Source of the DNA: an uncultured Bdellovibrionales bacterium
GTDB taxonomy: Bacteria > Bdellovibrionota_C > UBA2361 > SZUA-149 > CAYOZL01
Length of the DNA stretch: 62,035 nt
Assembly (NCBI GenBank): GCA_964408435.1
Contig: CAYOZL010000006.1
Coordinates: 1-62,035 of the forward strand
Reading direction: 5' to 3'
The translations under genes were made by a program, and so were the position numbers. Shown here piece by piece: positions 1 to 10,253 of the stretch. The first letter of the stretch is position 1, and every line of letters begins with the position of its first letter. The notes beneath the pieces were generated by a model that saw only the letters and a program-made list of their open reading frames with translations, was not told the origin of the DNA and ran no database searches.

Positions 1-24
1 TAGTCTTAGTCTTAGTCTTAGTCT
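1..24. repeat. Perfect hexanucleotide tandem repeat (TAGTCT)x4, truncated by the window edge
   Basis: Read directly: TAGTCT TAGTCT TAGTCT TAGTCT then TAAGCC. The last unit overlaps the pilU stop codon (complement of 24-26). Same unit family as the array at 44401-44585. Confidence 0.9.
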
Positions 25-1181
25 TAAGCCTTACTTAAGGTTATGCTAGGATTTTTACCTAGCACAGACTTTTCTTTCTTCTCATCCCCAAAAGCATCAG
101 GCACTTCACTAACACCTTTTTCTTCCGCAAGCTTGATTTTTAACCTTAAGTTGTTTGCGCTATCTGCATATTTAATTGCAGTATCTTGAGAGATTTTTCC
201 ATCTGCGTATAGTTCAAAAAGGTTCATATCAAAAGTTTGCATTCCAGTAATTGCACCTTTTTTCATAGCTTCTTTTATATCTTTTATCTCACCCTTAAGA
301 ATTAAATCTTTAATTCTCGGAGAACCAAGCATTACTTCTACTGCAGGAACTCTTGCTCCATTTGTTGCAGGAACTAATCTTTGTCCAACAATCCCCCTAA
401 GGTTTAAGCTAAGTTGCATGTAAATTTGTTTGTGTCTTTCAGATGGAAAAAAGTTCATTACTCGCTCAATTGCTTGGTTTGCATTATTAGCGTGTAGAGT
501 TGCAAGACATAAATGACCAGTTTCTGCGAAATTAATTGCAGCTTCCATGGTTTCTAAATCTCTAATCTCTCCAATTAGAATTACATCTGGAGCTTGTCTA
601 AGAGCATTTTTTAATGCGTCGCTGTATGTATCAGTATCCATTCCTACTTCTCTTTGAGTAACGATTGATTTCTTATGAGGATGTATGAATTCAATAGGAT
701 CTTCTACTGTTACAATATGACCAGCTTGATTATTGTTTCTGTAATTAATCATTGCAGCTAGTGATGTAGATTTACCTGAACCTGTTGCTCCAACAAATAA
801 TACTAAACCGTTTTTGGCCATTGATAATTGTGAAAGAATATCAGGTAAGTTCAAGCCATCTAATGTTGGAATAGAGGTCTTAATTCTTCTAATAACCATT
901 CCTACTGCATCTCTTTGTTGAAAAATATTTACTCTGTATCTTCCTAAGCCTTCAACTTTAAGAGCGAGGTTTTGTTCTTTCTTATCACTAAACTGAGCTT
1001 GTTGTTTATCATTCATTAAACTGTAAGCTAATTGATGAGTAGTTTCTTCGTTAAGATTATTTTTTCCAGCAGGTCTAACTACTCCGTTAATTCTATAACA
1101 AGGAGGGCTGTCAACTGTAATGTATAAATCCGATGCATCGTGTTGATTCATTACGGTAAGTAATTTTTTTATATCAGCCAT
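24..1181 (-). CDS. pilU: Type IV pilus ATPase PilU (PilT-family twitching-motility ATPase)
   Basis: 385-aa ORF with Walker A GATGSGKST, TVEDPIEF and GHLCLATLHANNANQA. Global resemblance to PilU. Its ATG overlaps the pilT stop by 1 nt (TAATG). Confidence 0.85.
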   Translation of the reverse strand: MADIKKLLTVMNQHDASDLYITVDSPPCYRINGVVRPAGKNNLNEETTHQLAYSLMNDKQQAQFSDKKEQNLALKVEGLGRYRVNIFQQRDAVGMVIRRIKTSIPTLDGLNLPDILSQLSMAKNGLVLFVGATGSGKSTSLAAMINYRNNNQAGHIVTVEDPIEFIHPHKKSIVTQREVGMDTDTYSDALKNALRQAPDVILIGEIRDLETMEAAINFAETGHLCLATLHANNANQAIERVMNFFPSERHKQIYMQLSLNLRGIVGQRLVPATNGARVPAVEVMLGSPRIKDLILKGEIKDIKEAMKKGAITGMQTFDMNLFELYADGKISQDTAIKYADSANNLRLKIKLAEEKGVSEVPDAFGDEKKEKSVLGKNPSITLSKA

Positions 1182-2236
1182 TATCCAAAAGCTCCGTTAG
1201 TTTTAAATAGATTAGGATTTCCAGATTTAATTGTTGCTTCGTGTGGAGTTATTTTTTTAGCTTCTACTAATTTAACTAAATCCATTTCTAAAGTTTGCAT
1301 TCCAACTGATTGCCCAGTTTGAAGCATACTAGGTAATTGGTGAATTTTTGCTTCTCTAATTAAGTTTCTAACTGCGGGGGTTCCAATCATTATTTCTAAG
1401 GCTGCTTGTCTACCACCGCCTATTTTTTTGCAAAGCGTTTGAGTAATTACAGCTTGTAAAGACTCTGAAAGCATTGCTCTTACTTGTGATTGCTGGCTAG
1501 CAGGAAAAACATCAATGATTCTATCAATAGTTTTAGGTGCACTAGAAGTGTGAAGCGTGCCTAAGACTAAGTGTCCTGTCTCAGCTGCAGTTAAAGCAAG
1601 TTGTATTGTTTCTAAATCTCTTAATTCTCCAACTAGAATTACATCCGGATCTTCTCTAAGAGCTGCGCGTAGAGCATTAGAAAAACTTTGTGTATGAGGT
1701 CCAACTTCTCTTTGGTTCACTAAACATTTTTTACAAGGATGAACAAATTCTATTGGGTCTTCAACTGTAAGAATATGGCCTTCGTGATTTTTATTTATAT
1801 GGTCAATCATTGCCGCTAAGGTAGTAGACTTACCAGAACCAGTTGGTCCTGTTACTAAAATTAGGCCTTTTTCTTTTTGTGTTAGTTCAAATAAAATTTT
1901 TGGCATGCCTAAGTCTTCTAGTGAGAGAATGTTAGTGGGAATAATTCTAAAAACTGCTCCCATGCCTTTTCTTTGTTTAAATATATTTACTCTGAATCTT
2001 GCAATTTCACCAAGTTCAATAGAGAAATCTATGTCTGAAAATTCTTCAAATATTTTTCTCTGAAAATCATTCATTATATCGTAGAGCATTTCTTGAGTTT
2101 GCTCTTCTTCTAATGCATCAACATTTAATTTTTTCATTCTCCCATCAATTCTAATCATAGGAGTTTCTCCAGCAGAGATGTGTAAATCAGATCCTTTTTG
2201 CTGGTGGCAAAATGTTAGTAATTCAGTAATATCCAT
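1181..2236 (-). CDS. pilT: Type IV pilus retraction ATPase PilT
   Basis: 351-aa ORF with Walker A GPTGSGKST, VEDPIEF, GHLVLGTLHTSSA and the PilT signature AVRNLIRE. Confidence 0.9.
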   Translation of the reverse strand: MDITELLTFCHQQKGSDLHISAGETPMIRIDGRMKKLNVDALEEEQTQEMLYDIMNDFQRKIFEEFSDIDFSIELGEIARFRVNIFKQRKGMGAVFRIIPTNILSLEDLGMPKILFELTQKEKGLILVTGPTGSGKSTTLAAMIDHINKNHEGHILTVEDPIEFVHPCKKCLVNQREVGPHTQSFSNALRAALREDPDVILVGELRDLETIQLALTAAETGHLVLGTLHTSSAPKTIDRIIDVFPASQQSQVRAMLSESLQAVITQTLCKKIGGGRQAALEIMIGTPAVRNLIREAKIHQLPSMLQTGQSVGMQTLEMDLVKLVEAKKITPHEATIKSGNPNLFKTNGAFG

Positions 2237-2329
2237 ATCTTATTAATCGTTTCCTTTTTATTTAATCTTTAATTTGAGATAGATTTGAACTACTTCAGTC
2301 AGGTAGACTTCTAAGTATTTAGTATTACT

Positions 2330-5300
2330 ATGAAAAATAATCATTATATTGAGTTCAATTCTTCTGCATTTTCGCACTTAGTAGCGAAGCATTACGATAA
2401 GCTCTCTATAATAGTGCCTGATAATAAGACAGCAATGGAGTTAAATTCTAATTTTAAATTTTTCTCTATTGATTCAGATTACTTTCCAGACTGGGATGTT
2501 CTTCCTTTCGATGTCTTTTCTCCTAGCGAGAAAATCTCTGCACAAAGAATTTCTTTTTTGGCAAAAAAAAGACCTAGGATTTCTATTTACACAGCTACTG
2601 CTCTGCTTAGAAAAATTCCTAACTTTTTAGAGCAGAATTTAATTCTTGGTCAGGAATTTAAAGATTTTTCAAAATATTTACTTTCTATCGGATATACTCG
2701 CTCTACTTTAGTAGAAGACTTAGGACAGTTTTCTCCTAGGGGTTCGGTCATTGATTTCTTTCCACCTGGTTTTATAAATCCTGTAAGAGTGGAGTTTGAT
2801 GATGATTTGGTAGAATCGATTAGAACTTTTAATGTAGGTACGCAACGAAGTGTAGAAAAGTTAGAATCAATTAGTATTTTACCTATTAAAGAAATTCCTC
2901 AAGCACTGTGCTTTTCAGAACTAGATTATTTTTGGACGGAGGCTTTTAGAAAGTTAAGATCGAGAGCATCAGAGCTTTCTTTTCCTGTATCAGTAGTAGA
3001 GGGTTTGCAGAATTCTTTTACTTCGGGTCTTTTCCCTCAGGGCTTTGAACATTTATGGCCTATAATTGACTCAGAGCTTAGCACAATAGATTTAGATCAA
3101 AATCTGCTACTTTTTCAACCAGACCAAGTATTTGCAAGTATTGATAATTTTACTTCTTTGCTAAAAGAAAGCACTGAGAAGAAATTATATGAACAAAAAA
3201 TTATTCCAAAAATAGAAGATGCTTTTATCCAGCCAGATTTAGTTCTTGAAAGTTTTAATCAAGCTTCAACTTATAACAAAGTTAAATTTTATACTGAGAG
3301 CAGTAAAGATAATATAGAGGAATATGACCCAAAAAATACCTTTTTAGTTTCTAATCTTAAATTACAGAATAACTTAACAGCTTCAAAGTATAGCGATAAT
3401 CCATTACTACCTTTTGCAAATGATATTAAAGAAAAAATATCAGAAGGTTATTCAGTTTTAATTGTAGTTAATAGTGAGATTAGAAAAGCAAAAATTAAGA
3501 ATTTACTTAAAGCTTACAATTTAGAACCAATAAATTCTAAGCTTGATTTTAATCAGATTAGAAATGATGCTGGCTTGTGGATAGTTGACGGAAATTTAAG
3601 CTCAGGTTTTAAATCTGTAGAAGATAAATTCCAGATTTATTCTGAGTTTGAAATATTTCCTGAAAACTTAAAAAGAAAAACTAGCTCACTTCAAAAAACT
3701 TTTAAACATGCCTCAATGCTTGAAGAAGGGGACTACGTTGTTCATGTTGATTATGGAATAGGGATCTATAGAGGATTAGTACAAAAAACTGTTTCTGGAA
3801 ATCTACACGACTTTGTTCTTTTAGAATACGCAGAAAAATCTAAATTATTTGTTCCAGTGTATTCTGTTTCCAAGGTTCAAAAATATAGTTCCTCAGAAGG
3901 CTTTAAACCCCAGTTAACTAAGCTAGGTGGTAAAGTCTGGGAGAAATCTAAAGCAAAAGTTAAAGAAAATGTAGCGGAGCTTGCTGGTAGATTACTAAAA
4001 GTAATGGCAGAAAGAGAGGCTAAAAAGGGAATATCTTTTGAATCTAGTAAAATAGAAGACCAGAAGTTTGCAGACTTTTTTCCTTTTAGCGAAACCCCTG
4101 ATCAGTTAAATGCAATAGAGCAAGTGCTTGGGGATATGGAAAACTCTAAGCCGATGGATAGGCTTGTTTGCGGAGATGTAGGTTACGGAAAAACAGAAGT
4201 TGCACTTAGAGCAGCTTTTAAAGCAGCAAATTCTGGTTATCAAGTTGCACTCTTAGTGCCTACAACTGTATTAGCTGAACAACATCATAAAACCTTTAAA
4301 CAAAGATTCGCTAATTTTCCAATAAAAGTTTCTGTAGTTAGTAGATTTAATTCTTCTACAAATAATAAAAAAATATTAGAACAGGTAAAACTTGGAAGTG
4401 TTGATGTAATAATCGGCACACATAGATTATTACAAAATGATGTTGCTTTTAATAATCTAGGTTTAATCATTATTGATGAGGAGCATAGATTTGGCGTTGC
4501 TCATAAAGAAAAGTTAAAAAAGTTTCGCTCCGAAATAGATGTATTAACTCTTACTGCAACTCCTATTCCAAGAACTCTTAACATGTCTTTAGTTGGTATT
4601 AGGGATTTAAGTTTAATTGAGACTCCTCCAGTTGACAGGCAGGTAGTTAGAACTTTTGTAGCTAGATATGATGAGAAAGTTATTAGAGAGTCAATACTAA
4701 GAGAGTTAAATCGAGAAGGGCAGGTTTTCTATATTTATAACAGAGTACAAACAATTGCTGAGAAAGCTAAAGAAATACAAGCTTTGGTTCCAGAAGCAAA
4801 AATAGAGTTTGCCCACGGTCAAATGAAAGACTCGGAGCTAGAAGAGGTAATGCATCGATTTGTTAATAATGAAATTAATGTTTTAGTTTCTACAACAATA
4901 GTTGAATCTGGTTTAGATATTCAAAATGCTAATACGATCTTAATTCAAAATGCGCAGAACTTTGGTTTAGCAGAGCTTTATCAACTTAGAGGTAGGGTTG
5001 GAAGAAGTTCTAGAAGAGCTTATGCTTATCTCTTTATTGGTGACCCTAAAAAAATGACTGATGGTGCAAAGAAAAGATTAGATGTTTTAAAAGCATTAGA
5101 TGATTTAGGAATTGGTTTTAGATTAGCACTTCAAGATATGGAAATTAGAGGGGCAGGAAATCTTTTAGGTAAAGACCAGTCAGGTCAAATCAATTCTGTG
5201 GGGTATGAGCTTTATTCTAAAATTTTAAAAGATGCAGTTAAGGCACTTAAGCTGGGAGTAAAGGAAGGTGATTCTCTTAAAAAACAAATTGATCCAGAAA

Positions 5301-5743
5301 TTAATATTGGTTTCCCTAGTCATATACCAATTGCTTATATTCCAGATGTTACTCAAAGGTTAATTCTGTATCAAAGAATGATGTCTTTAGAATCAGAGTT
5401 AGAAGTAGAAGAGTTAAATACTGAGATTATAGATAGATTTGGTAACCCTCCTGTTGAGGTAGAAATTTTATTAGGTTTAATGAAATTTAGAGTTTTACTT
5501 AAAAATCATTTAGTACTTTCTGCTACTAAGAATCTTGGAGGTATAAGATTAGCTTTTGATGAGGAAGTTAATATTAATGCCGAAAAAGCAATTGCATTAG
5601 CTAGCGAGTCTAAGATTAAATTATCACCAAATAATTCAATAGTAGTTAATATTAAAGCTGAGATATTAGATAATAATAAGAACCTAGAACTTCTAGGTTT
5701 TATAGCTTTAGAGGTAAAGAAAATACTAGATCAGGTAGTTTGA
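2330..5743 (+). CDS. mfd: Transcription-repair coupling factor Mfd
   Basis: 1137-aa ORF with a CarD/TRCF RNAP-interaction motif (GDYVVHVDYGIGIY), SF2 helicase motifs (GDVGYGKTEVA, DEEHRFG, QLRGRVGRS) and a TRCF C-terminal domain. Confidence 0.92.
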   Translation: MKNNHYIEFNSSAFSHLVAKHYDKLSIIVPDNKTAMELNSNFKFFSIDSDYFPDWDVLPFDVFSPSEKISAQRISFLAKKRPRISIYTATALLRKIPNFLEQNLILGQEFKDFSKYLLSIGYTRSTLVEDLGQFSPRGSVIDFFPPGFINPVRVEFDDDLVESIRTFNVGTQRSVEKLESISILPIKEIPQALCFSELDYFWTEAFRKLRSRASELSFPVSVVEGLQNSFTSGLFPQGFEHLWPIIDSELSTIDLDQNLLLFQPDQVFASIDNFTSLLKESTEKKLYEQKIIPKIEDAFIQPDLVLESFNQASTYNKVKFYTESSKDNIEEYDPKNTFLVSNLKLQNNLTASKYSDNPLLPFANDIKEKISEGYSVLIVVNSEIRKAKIKNLLKAYNLEPINSKLDFNQIRNDAGLWIVDGNLSSGFKSVEDKFQIYSEFEIFPENLKRKTSSLQKTFKHASMLEEGDYVVHVDYGIGIYRGLVQKTVSGNLHDFVLLEYAEKSKLFVPVYSVSKVQKYSSSEGFKPQLTKLGGKVWEKSKAKVKENVAELAGRLLKVMAEREAKKGISFESSKIEDQKFADFFPFSETPDQLNAIEQVLGDMENSKPMDRLVCGDVGYGKTEVALRAAFKAANSGYQVALLVPTTVLAEQHHKTFKQRFANFPIKVSVVSRFNSSTNNKKILEQVKLGSVDVIIGTHRLLQNDVAFNNLGLIIIDEEHRFGVAHKEKLKKFRSEIDVLTLTATPIPRTLNMSLVGIRDLSLIETPPVDRQVVRTFVARYDEKVIRESILRELNREGQVFYIYNRVQTIAEKAKEIQALVPEAKIEFAHGQMKDSELEEVMHRFVNNEINVLVSTTIVESGLDIQNANTILIQNAQNFGLAELYQLRGRVGRSSRRAYAYLFIGDPKKMTDGAKKRLDVLKALDDLGIGFRLALQDMEIRGAGNLLGKDQSGQINSVGYELYSKILKDAVKALKLGVKEGDSLKKQIDPEINIGFPSHIPIAYIPDVTQRLILYQRMMSLESELEVEELNTEIIDRFGNPPVEVEILLGLMKFRVLLKNHLVLSATKNLGGIRLAFDEEVNINAEKAIALASESKIKLSPNNSIVVNIKAEILDNNKNLELLGFIALEVKKILDQVV

Positions 5744-5800
5744 TTTTATCAATAAATTACTGTATTTTTATCCTTATAATAATCTTAGAAATAAAGAATT

Positions 5801-5977
5801 ATGAACAATCAAATTAGCTTCACTGAATTTAATTTCACTGAGCCACTTAGTTTCCCTAAACAGCGCAGTCTTTCTGAGCCTTTTAGTTTTTCCCAGAAGT
5901 GTAAAATTGTATCATATATGAGCTACTTAGCTTTTTTTCTTGCCGTATCCTTTTTCAGCATTATAGAAATCTTATAA
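5801..5977 (+). CDS. Small hypothetical ORF (58 aa) with a hydrophobic C-terminus, translationally coupled to the SurA-like gene
   Basis: Hand-translated: MNNQISFTEFNFTEPLSFPKQRSLSEPFSFSQKCKIVSYMSYLAFFLAVSFFSIIEIL. Its TAA shares one nt with the downstream ATG (TAATG at 5975-5979). Below the ORF-track length cutoff. Confidence 0.3.
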   Translation: MNNQISFTEFNFTEPLSFPKQRSLSEPFSFSQKCKIVSYMSYLAFFLAVSFFSIIEIL

Positions 5978-6864
5978 TGTTTAAACTTTTTTTATTTTTT
6001 ATCTTCTTTCAGTTTGGGCTGTGCTCTATTCAAGAAATTTTTCTTCCAGAAGCATTAGCACAAGATTATATTGAAATTGACTCTACTGTAGCTTCAATGC
6101 AAGGAGAGGCAGTGACATCTTATGACTTGCAAAAAAAATCTGGTAAAGATGTTTTCTCACAAGAAGATTTAAAAAATCATTTACTAGATAATGTACTTGA
6201 AAAAGAAGCGAGCGCTAGAGGAATAGCTGTAAAGCCTGAAGATATCGATATCTATATTAGCCAAATTAAAGCACAGAATAAAATTAGTGACTCTCAGTTT
6301 CTTGCAGCGCTTCAAAAAAGAAATTTATCTGAAACAGAATATAGAGAACAAGTTAAGGATGAGATACTAAAGGGTAAAACGATTACCCACTTAGTTAGAA
6401 ATAAAGTTAATATTGTAGATGCTGATATCCAAGGATACCTAGCAGAACACCCTGAGATGCAACCTGAGCTAGGAACTGTAAAAGTAAATTTAATTAAGAG
6501 TTCTTCAAGAACTGAATTAGAAGATTTAAAAGCAAAGATAGGTACTGATGCTAAGAATCTAAGAGAGTTAGGGGTAAAAGGTTTTACGGATTTAGGTTAT
6601 CTTAAGCCGGCAGATTTAAGAGAGGATTTTCAAAATGCACTTCGAGGTTTATCTCAGGGAGAAATCTCAGAAGTTATTAAAATAAATAATTCTTATGTAA
6701 TCTTAGAATTAGCAGGAAGGATAGAACAGCCAGGAGACGCTGATGCTGATTTAAAAACTCAGATTAGAAATATAGTATTTAGAGAGAAATACAAAAATGC
6801 AATCGATGGCGTTTTAACAGACGACTTGCTTGAAAAGCATGACTTAGAAATAATTAAGAAATAA
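5977..6864 (+). CDS. Periplasmic SurA-like chaperone / parvulin-type PPIase domain protein
   Basis: 295 aa with an N-terminal signal peptide (MFKLFLFFIFFQFGLCS), a SurA-N-like region (VASMQGEAVTSYDL) and a C-terminal parvulin-like segment (GFTDLGYLKPADL...GEISEVIKINNSYVILEL). Confidence 0.55.
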   Translation: MFKLFLFFIFFQFGLCSIQEIFLPEALAQDYIEIDSTVASMQGEAVTSYDLQKKSGKDVFSQEDLKNHLLDNVLEKEASARGIAVKPEDIDIYISQIKAQNKISDSQFLAALQKRNLSETEYREQVKDEILKGKTITHLVRNKVNIVDADIQGYLAEHPEMQPELGTVKVNLIKSSSRTELEDLKAKIGTDAKNLRELGVKGFTDLGYLKPADLREDFQNALRGLSQGEISEVIKINNSYVILELAGRIEQPGDADADLKTQIRNIVFREKYKNAIDGVLTDDLLEKHDLEIIKK

Positions 6865-6899
6865 TCCGGAAATAATCGGAGAAACAATCAGGAGATAGC

Positions 6900-8264
6900 G
6901 TGATAGCTAAAGATAAAATATTTAGAGAGTACGACATTAGAGGTGTTGTAGGAGAAGATTTTGATAATGAGTTTGCGTATAATTTAGGCAAAGCTTTAGC
7001 TCATAAGTTAAAAGAGAACGGTGATAATTTAAAATTTGGTGTTGGTCGAGACTGTAGATTATCAGGACCGGAGATACAGAAAGAAATGCTTAGAGGTCTT
7101 ACAGATTCAGGTATTACTGCTGTAGATTGTGGCATGGGGCCAACTCCACAGTTATATTTTTCTGTTTATGATTTAAATCTTGGAGGCGGAGTGCAGATTA
7201 CTGCTAGCCATAATCCAGGTGATCAAAATGGTTTTAAAATGATGATAGGTAAGGGGACTTTAAGTGGTGCTTCAATTACCGAATTAAGAGATTTAGCAAA
7301 AAAAGATTTACCAGTAGCAGAGACTAAAGGCGAAGTAGAAGAGTTTGATGCGCAATCTGCTTACTTGGAAAAGTTAGTTAGTTGTTCAAAATCATTCATG
7401 GGTAAAAGAAAGCTTAAGGTAGTTGTTGATGGCGGAAATGGCGTTGGTGGAATTTCAGGGCCAGAGCTTTTAAGACAATTAGGCTGTGAGGTAATAGAGC
7501 TTTTTACTGAGCCTGATGGAAGGTTCCCTAACCATCATCCAGATCCAACAGTAATGGAGAACATTATAGAGCTTTCTAAAACTGTAGTTGAGCAAAAAGC
7601 TGATTTAGGTATTGGATGGGACGGAGATGCGGATAGAATAGGAGTAGTAAACGAAAAAGGTGAAATTATATACGGAGATATGCTCTTAGTTATATACGGT
7701 AGAGAGTTGTTAAAAGATATTAAATCTCCAACTATAATTGCAGATGTTAAGTGCTCTGAGTTATTCTTTTCTGATCTCAAGTCTAAAGGTGCAAACCCTG
7801 TAATGGCAAAAACAGGCCATAGTCTCATTAAAGCAAAATTAAAAGAATTAGATGCTGAACTAGCTGGAGAGATGAGTGGACATATCTTTTTCTCTCATCG
7901 ATATTACGGCTTTGATGATGCTTTGCATGCAAGTGCGAGATTAGTAGAGATAATGAGTAAAACTGATAGTGCAATTAGTGAATTGATTTCTGATTTACCT
8001 ACAATGTATAGCACACCGGAGATTCGAGTTGATTGCCCAGATGAACTTAAATTTGAAGTTACAAAGCAAGCAGTTAATTCATTTCCTGAATATGAGGTAA
8101 ATACTCTTGATGGAGTTAGAATTACTTTTGAAAAAGGTTGGGGCTTAGTAAGAGCTTCAAATACTCAAGCATCATTAGTTATGAGATTTGAAGCTGAAAC
8201 AAAAGATTTATTACAATCTTATAAGTCTTTGGTTGAAGAAAGAGTGCTACCTTTAATAGCTTAA
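6900..8264 (+). CDS. Phosphomannomutase/phosphoglucomutase (alpha-D-phosphohexomutase family)
   Basis: 454 aa, GTG start. Active-site loop TASHNPGDQNGFK, metal-binding DGDADR, sugar-binding GEMSGH. Confidence 0.88.
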   Translation: MIAKDKIFREYDIRGVVGEDFDNEFAYNLGKALAHKLKENGDNLKFGVGRDCRLSGPEIQKEMLRGLTDSGITAVDCGMGPTPQLYFSVYDLNLGGGVQITASHNPGDQNGFKMMIGKGTLSGASITELRDLAKKDLPVAETKGEVEEFDAQSAYLEKLVSCSKSFMGKRKLKVVVDGGNGVGGISGPELLRQLGCEVIELFTEPDGRFPNHHPDPTVMENIIELSKTVVEQKADLGIGWDGDADRIGVVNEKGEIIYGDMLLVIYGRELLKDIKSPTIIADVKCSELFFSDLKSKGANPVMAKTGHSLIKAKLKELDAELAGEMSGHIFFSHRYYGFDDALHASARLVEIMSKTDSAISELISDLPTMYSTPEIRVDCPDELKFEVTKQAVNSFPEYEVNTLDGVRITFEKGWGLVRASNTQASLVMRFEAETKDLLQSYKSLVEERVLPLIA

Positions 8265-8279
8265 TCTATTGTTAAGCGA

Positions 8280-8450
8280 TTAAGCTGGTGCTTGCTCTTC
8301 TTTTAAATCCAAATCTATATATGGAATTAAAACGAAAGGAATAAAGCTAGACTCTATTGCAATAAAATCAGGACGTTCACTTAGAAACGCGCTTACTAGC
8401 CACTCTAAATCCGGATCGTCTATTTCGCTTTGATAAAATGCTCTGTCCAT
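8280..8450 (-). CDS. Small acidic hypothetical ORF (56 aa)
   Basis: Hand-translated: MDRAFYQSEIDDPDLEWLVSAFLSERPDFIAIESSFIPFVLIPYIDLDLKEEQAPA. No recognisable family. Below the ORF-track cutoff. Confidence 0.25.
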   Translation of the reverse strand: MDRAFYQSEIDDPDLEWLVSAFLSERPDFIAIESSFIPFVLIPYIDLDLKEEQAPA

Positions 8451-8702
8451 ATAAAACCTATAAAAATATAATCGTCACAATTTAAAATTAACTTAATAAA
8501 CTATTCTAAAAATTACTTATAATTTAGTATTTTCAGTAACTTGTTAGTTAAATCAATTTCGCTTAGAGGGTTATCGGCGATAATTAATATTCATTTAATT
8601 TTTTTAAAAAAACTAGATATTTAAGTAACTTACTCTATCCTAAATGCGGATGTGTAAAAGTACAACTGTGTTTCTTTATCAGAGAATTTGTATTCAGATT
8701 AT

Positions 8703-9134
8703 CTATTTACTCTTTGCAGTTTTGTCTTCTATTATTTTTGAATCAATAAAAAGCCATCTACTATGTTGTTTTTCAAACATAGCAACCTCATGATGAGAGA
8801 CTTCCTCACCTTCTATCTCGTATTTTGCCTTAAATTCAACACGAGCTTTTTTACCTTGAGCATGTTCCTTGCTCTCTAAAACTTCAAGCCCAAGCCACTT
8901 AGCGCCTTCAGACCACTGCCTAGCAGAGACCTCATCAAAATGTTTTCTTTGTAGTAGTGGTATTGTTTTAGCAATGTGCTCAATATTACCACTAGCATAA
9001 GCAGTATATCTCGAACGCATTACAGCTTCTGCATCAGGAGCAATTTCTTTTGTTCCAATATATTTACCACAGCAATCAGAGTAGTTTTTCCCGCTACAAC
9101 AAGGACAAGGAGAATTTGATTCAGGTGTATTCAT
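8703..9134 (-). CDS. ychJ: YchJ-family protein (UPF0225) with SEC-C zinc motif
   Basis: 143 aa with an N-terminal SEC-C motif CPCCSGKNYSDCCGKY, followed by an NTF2-like region (RSRYTAYA...). Confidence 0.8.
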   Translation of the reverse strand: MNTPESNSPCPCCSGKNYSDCCGKYIGTKEIAPDAEAVMRSRYTAYASGNIEHIAKTIPLLQRKHFDEVSARQWSEGAKWLGLEVLESKEHAQGKKARVEFKAKYEIEGEEVSHHEVAMFEKQHSRWLFIDSKIIEDKTAKSK

Positions 9135-9204
9135 AATTTAGAGATTATAATAGTGAAAGGAGAGTATCAAGGGCAAGTAAAGCCTCTAGTAGCATCTAAT
9201 GTGA

Positions 9205-10194
9205 TTATATTAAATCTTTTGCATAGTGAAATAAAGCAGGAGTTCCGCCAGTGTGCCAAAAAACTACATTTTCATCTTTTGAGAATTCTTTATTTCTAAT
9301 CATCGCTATTAAGCCAGCCATTGCTCTACCGGTGTATACAGGGTCTAGTAAAATACCTTCTGTTCTTGCTAGCAGTTGTATCGCTTCTCTTTCCGAATCT
9401 CCTACAACCCCATAACCTTCTCCAGTGAACTCATCTCTTAGAATAATATCATTTATATTAAATTCTTTACTTATTTCTAATTTCTTTGAAGTTTTATTAG
9501 TTAAGTCCAGAACTGACTCTTTAAAAGATTTTTCTCCATTAATTCCTTTATCAATATTTATGCCAATAATATTTATCTTATCTGAACAAATTTCTTTGCC
9601 TAACATTAAGCCAGCTTGTGTGCCTCCAGAACTTGAAGCAAAGACTATGGAGCTTAAGTTAATATTTTTTAATTGGGTTTTTAGTTCAGAATAAGCTTGA
9701 ACAAATGAACATGCACCTATTTCGTTTGACCCTCCATAAGGAATTAGATAAGGCTTTCTACCTTCAGATTTAAGTTCCTCTACAATCTCAGGGATGTTTT
9801 CTCCTTTTCTATTCTCCTTTGACCAAATAATATTAGCGCCTAGTAGGTTATTTAGTAGAAGATTACCAGATGGTAATTTTGGTGATTCGCCACCTAAAAC
9901 CAAAGAGCATCCTAAGCCCATATAGGCGCAAGCTGCAGCAGTTTGTCGACAGTGATTTGATTGTGCAGCACCTCCAGTAATTATCGTGTCGCAGTTCTTA
10001 GATATTGCATCTCCAATTAAATATTCTAGTTTTCTAGTTTTATTACCTCCGATAGCAAGTCCAGTTTGATCATCTCTCTTGATGAAAATGCGAGGACCAA
10101 GTAATTCTTTAGTAAGATTTTTTAGCTCAGTAAGAGGAGTTGGAAAGAATCCAAGTTTTTGACGAGGTAGATTTGATAAAATGTTTTTTTTCAT
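9205..10194 (-). CDS. PLP-dependent D-cysteine desulfhydrase / ACC deaminase family enzyme
   Basis: 329 aa with the PLP-lysine motif GGNKTRKLEYL, SSGGTQAG and the C-terminal FWHTGG typical of the DcyD/ACCD family. Confidence 0.8.
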   Translation of the reverse strand: MKKNILSNLPRQKLGFFPTPLTELKNLTKELLGPRIFIKRDDQTGLAIGGNKTRKLEYLIGDAISKNCDTIITGGAAQSNHCRQTAAACAYMGLGCSLVLGGESPKLPSGNLLLNNLLGANIIWSKENRKGENIPEIVEELKSEGRKPYLIPYGGSNEIGACSFVQAYSELKTQLKNINLSSIVFASSSGGTQAGLMLGKEICSDKINIIGINIDKGINGEKSFKESVLDLTNKTSKKLEISKEFNINDIILRDEFTGEGYGVVGDSEREAIQLLARTEGILLDPVYTGRAMAGLIAMIRNKEFSKDENVVFWHTGGTPALFHYAKDLI

Positions 10195-10253
10195 TATTAC
10201 TATATCAGGCTAGTGAAATCATTAGCAGTTTTTAGGCATAAGGAGAAAAACCC

